A stretch of DNA of 64,000 nucleotides from an uncultured bacterium (GCA_964653455.1 CAZZFK010000008.1:21949-85948); one strand, 5' to 3'; shown: positions 46,973 to 56,335, numbered from the stretch's first letter. Made by a program: numbers and translations. Notes: generated by a model from the letters alone, not told the origin.

Positions 46973-48168
46973 TGAACATCGCGGTATTTGAATCCGATAA
47001 AAGCGTACACACTGCGCTGCTCTCGGCCGCCGGCGAGGATTTTCATATACATACGTTCTTTCAGAGCGAAGATGAGCTGGTGAAGTCCGTTCCGGTGCAA
47101 AAGATAGATGTCCTGGTAGTGAACATAGACCTTATCACCGATGCGGTGCGGGCAGGCGTGAAGGACGTCATCCCGTACATCATCGTGCTTGCGGCGGCCT
47201 CTTCGATACAAGCTTTCAAAGCGTCCCTGGATATCGGCGCGCGTGATCTGCTGACCGTCCCGTTCGAGCTGGCCGAGATGACGGCGGCGCTGCGCAAAGC
47301 CCAGCATTTTCTTTCGGCACAGCGTTCCGCCGCAAAAGCACCGGGGGCCAGGAACGGCAAGATCTCGGTGTTCATGAGCAGTAAGGGCGGGGTCGGCAAA
47401 TCGATGCTTGCGACCAATACGGCATTGCTCCTGCAGAAAGAGCCCGGGACCAAGGTCCTGCTGCTTGATACGGTCACTCGTTTCGGTTCGACGGATATAC
47501 TGATCGATCTGAGCGAAAAAAAATCCATGGGTCTCATTCCCGTGACCATCGAGGATTATGACTCCTACTGGCAGGAGGTAGAGGATAATATCATCTCTCA
47601 CGGGAGCGGCCTGCATCTTTTGATCGCCGGGGACCGGGCGGAAGATCCGTTGACCGTCCAGAAGCTCCGTTCCGTGCTGACCTCAGTGAAGGACCACTAT
47701 GATCACATCATCATCGATACGGAGAGCTATTTCAATGACCTGAACCTGGCCCTCCTTGAGGTCGCGGACTTTGTGTTCGCGGTGAGCACGTTCGATATCG
47801 CGGCGATAAAGAACCTGAACCTGGGGCTTGAGACCGTGCGGTCCCTGTATTTTTCCACGGATAAGATCAAGATCGTCATCAATCAGTTCGATAAGAACAA
47901 TGAATTGACGGTCGCCGAACTCGAACGCTATATCAAATATAAGGTCACGAGCCTTATTCCCTTCGATCGGGAGACAGTGATCAGGTCCATCAATAATGGC
48001 ACGCCCTTCGTTATTGAAGCTCCGCAGGCGGAGATCTCCCAGGCCGTGAAGGGCCTGGCGGATTGTATCCTGGGGCGGTCCTGCGCATTGAGCGTCCCGG
48101 AGGGCAGTTCTGCTGCGGCATCGCAGAACTGGCTCAAGAGTTTCGTGCATATATTCGGGGAGAAGTGA
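46969..48168 (+). CDS. cpaE: CpaE/TadZ pilus-assembly ATPase (degenerate receiver domain + MinD/ParA-family P-loop)
   Basis: N-terminal receiver-like domain lacking the acceptor Asp. Deviant Walker A SSKGGVGKSMLATNTA. It overlaps the cpaC stop by 4 nt. Confidence 0.8.
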   Translation: MMNIAVFESDKSVHTALLSAAGEDFHIHTFFQSEDELVKSVPVQKIDVLVVNIDLITDAVRAGVKDVIPYIIVLAAASSIQAFKASLDIGARDLLTVPFELAEMTAALRKAQHFLSAQRSAAKAPGARNGKISVFMSSKGGVGKSMLATNTALLLQKEPGTKVLLLDTVTRFGSTDILIDLSEKKSMGLIPVTIEDYDSYWQEVEDNIISHGSGLHLLIAGDRAEDPLTVQKLRSVLTSVKDHYDHIIIDTESYFNDLNLALLEVADFVFAVSTFDIAAIKNLNLGLETVRSLYFSTDKIKIVINQFDKNNELTVAELERYIKYKVTSLIPFDRETVIRSINNGTPFVIEAPQAEISQAVKGLADCILGRSCALSVPEGSSAAASQNWLKSFVHIFGEK

Positions 48169-48171
48169 TCC

Positions 48172-49653
48172 ATGTCCTTTCTTGACCGTTTGAACACCAA
48201 CGAGAACACATCATCTCACGGTCCTGAGGGAGCGAGCAAGGCCAAGCCTGTGCCTTCACCCCAGATGGAGCGTGCGCGCGAACGTACCGCTCAGCTCATC
48301 AACGACCTTGAAAAGAACGCACAGCCGCGGCCGGAGAGCGTGGTCCATGACGGGAACGCCCGCAGGGATTTTCTGCTCAAGGTCCTTGATATTCACCGTG
48401 CCCTGATCAATGAGTCGGGCCTGGATATCAATAAGTTCAATATCACGACCAAGGATGCCGATGAGTTCAAACAGATACGGACCACGATCGAAAAAGAGGT
48501 CCTCAACGTCATCGAGCTCAAGAACCTCAATTATTCCCGAAAAGAAAAAACGGAGATCATCGAAGCGGTGATCAATGAAACGATAGGATTAGGCCCTATC
48601 GAGGACCTAGTGAATGACCAGTCGATCAATGAGATCATGGTCAATGGACCGTCCAAGGTCTATGTGGAACGGGACGGCAGGATACAGCTCACTCCGGTCG
48701 TTTTTTACGATGAGGACCATGTGCGCCGTATCATTGCCCGCATTGTCAGCAAGATCGGCAGGCGCATCGATGAAGGTATGCCTATGGTGGACGCGCGTCT
48801 GAAGGACGGGTCACGCGTGAACGCGATCATTCCGCCCCTTGCCCTGAGCGGGTCAACGCTCACTATCAGGAAATTCTCGGAGAAAACACTGTCCTCCAAG
48901 GACCTGATCAAGTTCGGGTCCATCAGTCCTGCGATCGACGAGTTCCTCAAGACCTGCGTGAAAGCCAAGCTCAATATCATCGTTTCCGGGGGTACGGGCT
49001 CAGGTAAAACGACATTGCTCAATGTACTTTCTTCGTTCATTCCGAACACCGATCGTATCATAACGATAGAAGATTCCGCCGAGCTCAAGCTCGATCAGGA
49101 ACATGTCATCACGCTTGAAACGAGACCCCCGAACATCGAGAACACCGGAGAGATCACGATCCGTGACCTGGTGCGCAATTCTCTGCGTATGCGTCCGGAC
49201 CGTCTGATCGTCGGCGAGGTGCGCGGCGGCGAGGCATTGGATATGCTCCAGGCCATGAACACAGGGCACGACGGGTCCATGACGACCGCCCATGCGAACA
49301 CGCCGCGCGATATGATCGCCAGGCTCGAGACCATGGTGCTCATGGCAGGTATTGAGCTCCCGGTGAAGGCGATACGTCAGCAGATCTCTTCAGCGTTCAA
49401 TCTGATCATTCAGCAGAGCCGTTTACAGGACGGGTCGCGTAAGGTCGTGAAGATCACGGAGCTGTGCGGTATGGAACAGGATACGGTCCTGCTCAAGGAC
49501 CTGTTCGTGTTCAATCAGACAGGCTATAACGATCGTACGAAGAAAGTGGAAGGACTGTTCACACCCACGGGTATGACCCCGGCTTTCATTCCGAGGCTTG
49601 AATCCCTCGGGTTTTCGTTCCCGCAGGGGTTGTTCCTTCCGGTCACGGAGTGA
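48172..49653 (+). CDS. cpaF: CpaF/TadA secretion ATPase (VirB11/GspE family)
   Basis: Walker [17 protein letters not shown], Asp box, Walker B and His box ([13 protein letters not shown]) in a 493-aa protein. Confidence 0.92.
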   Translation: MSFLDRLNTNENTSSHGPEGASKAKPVPSPQMERARERTAQLINDLEKNAQPRPESVVHDGNARRDFLLKVLDIHRALINESGLDINKFNITTKDADEFKQIRTTIEKEVLNVIELKNLNYSRKEKTEIIEAVINETIGLGPIEDLVNDQSINEIMVNGPSKVYVERDGRIQLTPVVFYDEDHVRRIIARIVSKIGRRIDEGMPMVDARLKDGSRVNAIIPPLALSGSTLTIRKFSEKTLSSKDLIKFGSISPAIDEFLKTCVKAKLNIIVSGGTGSGKTTLLNVLSSFIPNTDRIITIEDSAELKLDQEHVITLETRPPNIENTGEITIRDLVRNSLRMRPDRLIVGEVRGGEALDMLQAMNTGHDGSMTTAHANTPRDMIARLETMVLMAGIELPVKAIRQQISSAFNLIIQQSRLQDGSRKVVKITELCGMEQDTVLLKDLFVFNQTGYNDRTKKVEGLFTPTGMTPAFIPRLESLGFSFPQGLFLPVTE

Positions 49654-49659
49654 GCCGCC

Positions 49660-50586
49660 ATGATAATCCTCATCTATATCCTGTTGTTGGCGTCACTTGC
49701 GGCCATAGGTATCACCATCTATAACGTCGGGAGCAGTCAGACCTCGGTCGTGCGTCGCCGGCTCGCCATGCTCCAAAAAAAGAACGCAGGTCCTGCGCAT
49801 GCTCATTCGACACTGGCGGCCAAGAAACGGGGCGTGTTCGAACAGAAGATCCAGGAGAGCATAGACCTTTTCCATAAATTAGGGATAGAGATATCGGTCC
49901 GGGAAGTGATGCTCCTTAACGGCATTTCTTATATCGTGGTCTTTTTAATGATGTTCCTGGTCAGCTCAAATGTGTTCGCTGCTTTTCTGCTCGGGTTCAT
50001 CGGCGTAGGCGTGCCCTATATGGTCCTTTCCTTCATCGCTCAACAACGTACCAAAGCGTTCGAGAAATTGTTCGGGGACGCCCTGTATCTTATGGCGAAC
50101 ACGTTGAAATCCGGTTTCAGTTTTCGGCAGGCCCTGCAGATCATCGCGACCGAGATGCCCTCGCCGATCTGTGATGAGTTCGAGCTCCTTAATCAGGAGA
50201 TCAACTGGGGGTTGCCGGTGAACGAAGCCATGAGCAATCTTGCAAAGCGCATGCCCAATGATCATGTGAACCTGTTCGTGACCGCGATCACGATACAGAG
50301 CGAGGTCGGCGGGTCTCTTTCCGAGATCCTGGGCAAGATCGCCGAGGCGATCCGGACCAAAGATGAGCTTCGGGGCGAGGTCAAGGTCCTGACCGCTCAA
50401 GGGAAGGCATCGGGGCTTATCGTCGGCCTTATGCCGTTCTTGATCTCGATGATGGTATTCTTCGTCAATCCGTCATATATCATGAAATTGTTCACGACGA
50501 CGATAGGACTTATCATGGTGGGTGTTGCGCTTGTCATGGAAGCCATCGGGGTGTTCGCGATCAAGGTGATGGTGAACATCGAATAA
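49660..50586 (+). CDS. tadB: Tad pilus inner-membrane platform protein TadB (GspF-like)
   Basis: 308-aa polytopic membrane protein with a T2SSF-like cytoplasmic segment, in the cpaF-tadB-tadC order. Confidence 0.8.
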   Translation: MIILIYILLLASLAAIGITIYNVGSSQTSVVRRRLAMLQKKNAGPAHAHSTLAAKKRGVFEQKIQESIDLFHKLGIEISVREVMLLNGISYIVVFLMMFLVSSNVFAAFLLGFIGVGVPYMVLSFIAQQRTKAFEKLFGDALYLMANTLKSGFSFRQALQIIATEMPSPICDEFELLNQEINWGLPVNEAMSNLAKRMPNDHVNLFVTAITIQSEVGGSLSEILGKIAEAIRTKDELRGEVKVLTAQGKASGLIVGLMPFLISMMVFFVNPSYIMKLFTTTIGLIMVGVALVMEAIGVFAIKVMVNIE

Positions 50587-50597
50587 CGGGGGGCCGT

Positions 50598-51494
50598 ATG
50601 ATCGTCTATGCGTTGATAACGATGTTGTGCATCATGGCCGTCATCATGCTCTCGTATTTTCTGTACGAGTCGAGCAAGCACAGTTATTTCATTAAGAAGC
50701 GTTTGAGCAAGGTCGTCGCGACCGACGGGTACGTTTCCCCTGCAGTCGCCAACAGGAGCCATCTGACAGAGCTGCTTTCCAAGCGTACGGAAATGCTGAT
50801 CGCCCGTTTCGTGCCGGCCAATATCGTCAAGAACCTGGAACGTAAGATCCGGACGGCAAGTATCCCGAATTTCACCCTCGCGCAATATGTCCTGCTCAAG
50901 GTGATCATCGTAGGGCTCTTGCTGATCTTTGTTCCGCTCTATTCCGTGCTGCTGGGCATGAAGCTGAACCAGGGTATCTTCCTGATACTGTTGTTCGCCG
51001 GTGCTTTTTTCCCGGACCTGATGCTCAAGTCGGCGATTGATAAACGCCACAAGACGATCATCAGGGAAATGCCGAACTTCATCGATCTGCTGAGAGTGTG
51101 CATCGAGGCGGGCATGGACCTGGAAAGCGGGCTCAATAAGGTCGTTGAAAAATCAAAAGGTCTGCTGCGTGATGAGGCCCGACAGACGACCATCGAGATA
51201 CGGATGGGCAAACCGCTCGCGGAAGCACTGCAGGACCTCTCGGACCGTATCTATCTTGATGATTTTTCCGCGTTCATCACGCTGGTCATACAGGCCCATC
51301 AGATGGGCATCAGTATAGCCAATGTGCTCAAGTCCCAGGCCTATCAGATCAATCTGAAATATGTGCAGACGCTCCGGGCCAAAGCGGCAAAGGTCCCCGT
51401 TATGATCATCGTGCCCATGGTCATGTTCATTCTCCCCGCGCTCTTGGTCGTTATCCTTGGTCCCGCTATAATACAGATCATAGATGTCTTTTAA
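50598..51494 (+). CDS. tadC: Tad pilus inner-membrane platform protein TadC (GspF-like)
   Basis: 298-aa polytopic membrane protein paralogous in topology to TadB, with a T2SSF-like domain, immediately downstream of tadB. Confidence 0.8.
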   Translation: MIVYALITMLCIMAVIMLSYFLYESSKHSYFIKKRLSKVVATDGYVSPAVANRSHLTELLSKRTEMLIARFVPANIVKNLERKIRTASIPNFTLAQYVLLKVIIVGLLLIFVPLYSVLLGMKLNQGIFLILLFAGAFFPDLMLKSAIDKRHKTIIREMPNFIDLLRVCIEAGMDLESGLNKVVEKSKGLLRDEARQTTIEIRMGKPLAEALQDLSDRIYLDDFSAFITLVIQAHQMGISIANVLKSQAYQINLKYVQTLRAKAAKVPVMIIVPMVMFILPALLVVILGPAIIQIIDVF

Positions 51495-51813
51495 TATCTT
51501 TTGCGGACCCTCCTGTATCATCCCGAAAGCAGAACGCTGTGAAAGCTTCTGGTCGCGTTTGCGCGGCTATATGTTCCGTTCACGGCCGCTCCCGTACGCG
51601 CTGGTATTCCCGAAGTGTACGATGATACATATGTTCTTTGTGTTCCTGCCGCTCGCGGTGATCGTTTGTGATGAGAATAAGAAGGTACTGGACGCATTCC
51701 ATATCGGTCCGTGGCGCGTGAGCCGGTTTTATCCGCGGGCAGGCTATTTGATAGAAACGGCAGACCTGGGTGTCCTTCGGCAGGTCCGCACGGGGGATAT
51801 CCTCACATTTTGA
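51484..51813 (+). CDS. DUF192 (COG1430) family protein
   Basis: 109 aa. LPLAVIVCDENKKVLDAFHIGPWRV…YLIETADLGVLRQVRTGDILTF matches the DUF192 pattern (…D…g.V…..p……..a.yvLE…G……i..GD.v). It overlaps tadC by 11 nt. Confidence 0.55.
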   Translation: MSFNIFCGPSCIIPKAERCESFWSRLRGYMFRSRPLPYALVFPKCTMIHMFFVFLPLAVIVCDENKKVLDAFHIGPWRVSRFYPRAGYLIETADLGVLRQVRTGDILTF

Positions 51814-52336
51814 ACAGGATCGTGCAGAGCATACCGGCAGCAAGTGCGATGCTGTAGGGGAAACGATATCCGCTGCTTTGTACGTTCGTCATGTCAAATT
51901 TGAGCTTATGGAGCAGCGCGAGAGTGAGCGAGGTCAGCTGCGCGCCTATCGCACCGCGAACGTTCTTGTTCACGATCATGACATACAAGGATACCAGTCC
52001 TCCCGCAATGGCCCCGTACAGCCCGGTCCAGCCGACGAACGGCCAGCCTTGAAAAGCGCCGACCATGGCGAGCAATTTGAGGTCCCCGGCACCAAGTCCT
52101 CCGAAAGAGAAAGGGATGAAGAACAGTATCAGGCCCAGGGCGAGCCCCTGGAGGCTGAACAGCAGCCCGCTTTCCAGGTGCGGGCTGGCTTGAAATATCG
52201 TGTTCAGGATAAGACCTGCGGTGATACCCGAGAACGTGACCTTATTGAATATCTTGCGTTCTTTCAGGTCCGTATAGATGCAGATGCCGACAAAACAGCA
52301 CGCGAGGACGGTTCGGATGATGATAAAAATGTTCAT
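51803..52336 (-). CDS. cpaA: Prepilin peptidase, A24 family (TadV/CpaA-like)
   Basis: Polytopic membrane protein of the A24 prepilin-peptidase type (ICIYTDLKERKIFN…GLGAGDLKLLAMVGAFQGW). The start is set at MNIFIII, ATG 52336. The ORF track extends to 52387. Confidence 0.75.
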   Translation of the reverse strand: MNIFIIIRTVLACCFVGICIYTDLKERKIFNKVTFSGITAGLILNTIFQASPHLESGLLFSLQGLALGLILFFIPFSFGGLGAGDLKLLAMVGAFQGWPFVGWTGLYGAIAGGLVSLYVMIVNKNVRGAIGAQLTSLTLALLHKLKFDMTNVQSSGYRFPYSIALAAGMLCTILFKM

Positions 52337-53661
52337 TCGACGAGCACCACAAAACCGCTGTCGCTGTCGCTCATGCCTTCGTACCACATCGTCCAGAGAG
52401 AAACGTCGGTCTCTCCCGCGTGATATGTGGCGTACCAGGTCCCGCCGGTGTAGCTGTTCGGGATCTGGAAGACATCCTCGGACCAGGCGCTGTTGCTGGA
52501 AAGTGTACCGGTCCAGGTCTGGGCGAGCGTATCGCAGGAATAAATGATCGAGGTGCTGCCTATTTCGGTATCGAACTTGTTGATATGCATGTTGGTGCCG
52601 GCGCCCTGAGCAGGTACATAGCCGAGCCTCATGACCACGTTCCCTGTCTTATTGAAACGTATCGGGAGCGCCCCGGTCGAAGTGATGCTGGTGCCGTTAT
52701 TGGCGTTAAAGCTCGGGGTGTTCGGCCCCGCGCGCAGACTGAACCCGTTCGCGTTATAGCCTGAGCCGGACTTTACCTGGATGCGGTATTTGCCTGTGCC
52801 GTAGGTCGCCGTATCAATAGTGAAGCCGGAAGGATTGACCCATTTATTGTTCGTCAGACTGCTGCCGCCTACGGTATAGGTCGCGAGACACACATCATCG
52901 GTGTAATCCTTTGGTGTACTGTCCGGTCTGTAGAGTTTATAGGTCGTCGTGGTATAGGCGCCGGAGCTGTCGTAATTCCCGTAGCTATCGGGGTCCCAGA
53001 TCTCCACTTTCATGATACTGGTGCCGTTGGTGCTCGCGTAATCGGAAGGGACGTATACCCAATAATTATAGCCGTCCGGGTTATAGTTCGGATTTTCGTC
53101 CCCGTTATCAAGGTCCAGTACGGAGTACGGGTCACCGTGTTCATAGGGAGAATTCTGACCGCGGACGCTCAGTGTGACATTGGGATTGGTGGCGCCGTAA
53201 GTGCCTGCCAGGTTGATGCTGATCGGTACGTAGGCGTTGAATTGCGCGGTCGAAAAGACAGTGATGGTCCGTGAGCTGAGGCCGATGAGCTGGCCGAAGA
53301 AGAACCGAACGTTGTGCGTTATCGTGACCCGGAACCAGTTGGCGTTGCTCCCTGTCGGATTGACCATCAAAGTTATGGTGGTCCCGTCCACTCCGTCAGT
53401 GTACCCGTTCTCGGTGGCGTATATGGCCGCTTGTGTCTGTGCTTCCGCTTCGTCAGGCATTTCCTGTCCTCCCGCGAGCGCTGCAGCATCGGCCGCACGT
53501 TTCATGCGGTGTCGTTCGAGGGATATCATACCGATATCGATGACCAGTCCCGAGATTAGGATCGCTGTGGTCAGAAAAAAGACCATAAGCACCAGGATCT
53601 GGCCTTTTTTGTGCGTTCTTTTTTCTGTTGAGAGGAGGTTCATGAGCCTACCTTCTTTCAT
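52333..53661 (-). CDS. TadG-like pilus-associated protein (TadE/TadG N-terminal domain + large beta-rich extracellular region)
   Basis: N-terminus KKGQILVLMVFFLTTAILISGLVIDIGMISLERHRMKRAADAAALAG matches the Tad_N/TadG-like hydrophobic N-terminal domain, followed by about 380 aa rich in Thr/Gly/Asn/Tyr. The alternative start at 53643 would remove the overlap with tadE. Confidence 0.65.
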   Translation of the reverse strand: MKEGRLMNLLSTEKRTHKKGQILVLMVFFLTTAILISGLVIDIGMISLERHRMKRAADAAALAGGQEMPDEAEAQTQAAIYATENGYTDGVDGTTITLMVNPTGSNANWFRVTITHNVRFFFGQLIGLSSRTITVFSTAQFNAYVPISINLAGTYGATNPNVTLSVRGQNSPYEHGDPYSVLDLDNGDENPNYNPDGYNYWVYVPSDYASTNGTSIMKVEIWDPDSYGNYDSSGAYTTTTYKLYRPDSTPKDYTDDVCLATYTVGGSSLTNNKWVNPSGFTIDTATYGTGKYRIQVKSGSGYNANGFSLRAGPNTPSFNANNGTSITSTGALPIRFNKTGNVVMRLGYVPAQGAGTNMHINKFDTEIGSTSIIYSCDTLAQTWTGTLSSNSAWSEDVFQIPNSYTGGTWYATYHAGETDVSLWTMWYEGMSDSDSGFVVLVE

Positions 53662-54076
53662 AGCGCATGGTCGCTCTGGTCGTGATGGTATCCGGCATGA
53701 TGATGTCTAAAAAACCGGTCAGGGTTTCAAAAGGCTGAGCGTTTATTGCTACGGTGATGGATTCGATATTGCTTTGGTCCGGGTTCAGAGAGACGGCCAC
53801 TCTGCCGGTAATGCCCGAGCGTATGTTCGCAGGCAGCAGTGCTGTCCTGTCCGCGATGATGGTCTGAATGTCGGAGGTCCGGGATTCTGAATTGGTGGAC
53901 CAGTCGGAATAGGTGACGGCGAAACGCACGGCATCCCGTACGGCGGTATCCATGATCATGGTCGAATAGAGATAGAAGCCCCAGTCGAGCACACCCAGCA
54001 TTAATGTGATAAAAACGGTGAGGACAAGAGCGAACTCAACGATAGATTGGCCGAATTTTTTTTTATTTTTTTTCAT
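53648..54076 (-). CDS. tadE: TadE-like pseudopilin/minor pilin
   Basis: MKKNKKKFGQSIVEFALVLTVFITLMLGVLDWGFY matches the TadE family N-terminus (…G.a.VEFAlv.P.l..l..g..e.g). Confidence 0.7.
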   Translation of the reverse strand: MKKNKKKFGQSIVEFALVLTVFITLMLGVLDWGFYLYSTMIMDTAVRDAVRFAVTYSDWSTNSESRTSDIQTIIADRTALLPANIRSGITGRVAVSLNPDQSNIESITVAINAQPFETLTGFLDIIMPDTITTRATMRYERR

Positions 54077-54163
54077 AGATGATAGGTATTAAATAAAAAA
54101 GGGGAGCTTTGACGGTGTCGAAAACTCCCCCTTTAACACAGTTTTGTGCTGATGTATGCAGAA

Positions 54164-54334
54164 CTAGGTCCCTGCAGGCAGATTATTCGCTGTGTTGTTG
54201 AACAAGGTAGAGATGCGATTGCCAAGCAATGTGATGGCCGCAACTGCTACGACCGCGATCAACGCGATGATCAGTGCGTATTCTACGAGCCCTTGACCGG
54301 ACTCATCTTTCCATAATTTCTTCAGAACTTCCAT
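54164..54334 (-). CDS. flp: Flp/Fap-family pilin
   Basis: MEVLKKLWKDESGQGLVEYALIIALIAVVAVAAITLLG contains the canonical Flp prepilin motif (G/XXXXEY) and a hydrophobic stretch. The start is set at ATG 54334; the ORF track begins at 54370. Confidence 0.8.
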   Translation of the reverse strand: MEVLKKLWKDESGQGLVEYALIIALIAVVAVAAITLLGNRISTLFNNTANNLPAGT

Positions 54335-54440
54335 AATGTCACCCCCTTTGACGTATAAGTATGATACCAAATCTTATGCCGAAATCAACTTTTTCTTCTC
54401 TGTTCCTGTTCTGTTGCTCCTTTCCGGGGCGGAAATCAGT

Positions 54441-55532
54441 TCATCCTCTTTCTTCGCCTGCGATAGTGATATAGTTCATGGTCGTTGAGCTTTGGTCCTG
54501 AGTGTCGGTCACGATCAGGATCACGGAGAATGTTCCACTGAAGTTGTACATATAGGTGACCGTTTGTCCGGTGAGCACCTCGTCGAGTTTGGTCGTGTAT
54601 CCGTCCTCATTGCGGCTGTAGATCTGCCAGACATAGGAGGCGACAGGTCCTTCGATACCGACCGCGGTGCAGGAGAAGGTCACGGTTTGTGACACGGTGG
54701 GCATGCTCGGGGTCCAGGTCACGGATGATATGACCGGAGGTATTTTTACCCCTATGCCTACGCCGCCAACGACCCCCTGGGTGATGGATGCCCCCCATTG
54801 ATCGGTGACGGTCAATTTAGGATAGTATAATCCCGTTCTGGCATAGGAATGCGCTGTGCCGACGGATTCTGCTCCGTTGGCCGTCGTTCCATCCCCGAAA
54901 TCCCATAGATATGTAAGGCTCGCTATGTCCGCGGCATCGGGGTCCGTAGCGCTGCCCGTGAACGTGATCGATGTGCCGTGGCTGGCGGTAGGTGGTGTTG
55001 CGGTGCAGCTATTGATGATCGGGCGGTCATTGCGTCCGGTGAGGACCACGGGACCGTTCGAGTCCGCCATAAGTGAGGATAAGGCCTGGCCCGATGATGC
55101 GCCTTCTTTATCGTAAATGATCAGGGAAAAATCAAATGAGCCGTTCCAGCAATATGTATGCCTGGGGGTCTTTTCATTTGAGGTGGTCCCGTCACCAAAA
55201 TCCCAGCAATACGTAAGGTTGCTGGTCGGTTCGTTGGGGTCCAGAACGAACGCCTGGAAATCATAGCTTTCCGTTTTAGTGGTTGTTCCTGCTGCTGTGC
55301 ACCATATCCTTACTATCGATGGCGCTACATTGGAAGAACTGTTCGTCTCAGAGATCTCGCTCGTAGTCCGTCCGCACCCAATAACAATGAGGAGCAGGCA
55401 TATTACAAGAGAAAGGAGCATGAAAGAACGTATGCGTGCTTCCTTATATATACTCCGTATGCTTTTTATGGGCAACGTACTATCGGATTTCATTGTCATT
55501 TCCCTCATACAAGGTCCGGATATGTGCACCAA
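54441..55532 (-). CDS. PKD-domain lipoprotein (two or more PKD repeats) adjacent to the pilin gene
   Basis: PKD signatures YCWDFGDGTTSNEKTPRHTY…IIYDKEG and YLWDFGDGTTANGAESVGTAHSY…LTVTDQWG. Lipoprotein-like signal with lipobox LLLIVIGCG. The true start is probably internal (MLLSLVICLL…). Confidence 0.7.
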   Translation of the reverse strand: MVHISGPCMREMTMKSDSTLPIKSIRSIYKEARIRSFMLLSLVICLLLIVIGCGRTTSEISETNSSSNVAPSIVRIWCTAAGTTTKTESYDFQAFVLDPNEPTSNLTYCWDFGDGTTSNEKTPRHTYCWNGSFDFSLIIYDKEGASSGQALSSLMADSNGPVVLTGRNDRPIINSCTATPPTASHGTSITFTGSATDPDAADIASLTYLWDFGDGTTANGAESVGTAHSYARTGLYYPKLTVTDQWGASITQGVVGGVGIGVKIPPVISSVTWTPSMPTVSQTVTFSCTAVGIEGPVASYVWQIYSRNEDGYTTKLDEVLTGQTVTYMYNFSGTFSVILIVTDTQDQSSTTMNYITIAGEERG

Positions 55533-55753
55533 TATTATCGATACCTTTCAACTAAAAAATGCAGGTATTATTAATGGTGTGTTTTTATTCGCAGTATCAG
55601 TATACCCATTCACGGTCATTATTATACGAAAATATACATCGATATTATATGATGTATTTATTCTTGTTCTTTCGGTGAGATGCAATTAATTATTGGCGTT
55701 CCGCACAAGGATATACTATAATCAACTTCGCATGTAATAAGGAGAAGGAACAT

Positions 55754-56146
55754 ATGCCGATAGTCGCTAAAGGTATAGTACTGGGTCTCATTATTTTTAC
55801 GATAGATATGCTGGTCTACGCGATATGCGCGATGATGTATTTTGATAAGACCGAGCGGGAAGAACTTTCCGCAAAACTGAAATACACGCTTCCGATAGGT
55901 CTTTTTATGCAGGTCTTTTTCGCGCTGATATTCCTGTTCACGTTCCGCTTCCTGGCCATATTCAAGGCGCTCGATCAGTCCGTAGGCGGCGGCCTGTATT
56001 TTGCATATATCCTCTTTTTGCCGCTGCTCTATATGCAGTTCAATAACTGGTTGTGGTTGGATACCAAGCGGACGACAACGTTCTTGAACATCACTGCATG
56101 GGGCATTAAACTTGCCATATGCGGTGTTTTTGTTGCTTTTTTGTAA
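55754..56146 (+). CDS. Small polytopic membrane protein (130 aa), paralog of the 44256-44666 product
   Basis: See the paralog entry at 44256-44666. It has an AAGGAGAAGGAA RBS and mirrors the other paralog in inverted orientation across the Tad locus. Confidence 0.6.
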   Translation: MPIVAKGIVLGLIIFTIDMLVYAICAMMYFDKTEREELSAKLKYTLPIGLFMQVFFALIFLFTFRFLAIFKALDQSVGGGLYFAYILFLPLLYMQFNNWLWLDTKRTTTFLNITAWGIKLAICGVFVAFL

Positions 56147-56206
56147 CGAGAACGGTCGTTACTGTTTTCTGAACTTTTTATTATGTTCATATTTGATTAG
56201 CACTCT

Positions 56207-56233
56207 TGACAAACGAGTGCTAGCACTATATAT
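56207..56233 (+). promoter_or_regulatory. CIRCE element (HrcA operator) upstream of groES
   Basis: TTAGCACTC-ttgacaaac-GAGTGCTAg matches the CIRCE consensus TTAGCACTC-N9-GAGTGCTAA at 17/18 positions, about 125 nt upstream of groES. Confidence 0.75.
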
Positions 56234-56260
56234 TCTCAAGCGCTAAAACTGAGTGGCAAG

Positions 56261-56335
56261 TGACGAGTGGCAAGTGGCACATCAGGTCGTTCATAGAACA
56301 CGCCACCTGTCACATTCCACGAGACACTTCTTTAA
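56261..56335. repeat. Intergenic GAGTGGCAAGTG x2 … GCCACCTGTCAC motif (instance 4)
   Basis: gagtggcaagtgacgagtggcaagtggcac contains a direct 12-nt duplication. A downstream imperfect inverted partner cgccacctgtcacattccacgagacac follows. It lies between CIRCE and the groES RBS. Confidence 0.4.

Noticed and set aside
56270-56300. Sigma-54 promoter reading of TGGCAC at 56285-56290 upstream of groES
   Set aside because: The -24-like TGGCAC is not followed by a TTGCW -12 element at the required 5-nt spacing (atcag gtcgt follows). groES is already explained by the CIRCE/HrcA operator. The hexamer belongs to the recurrent GTGGCA motif.
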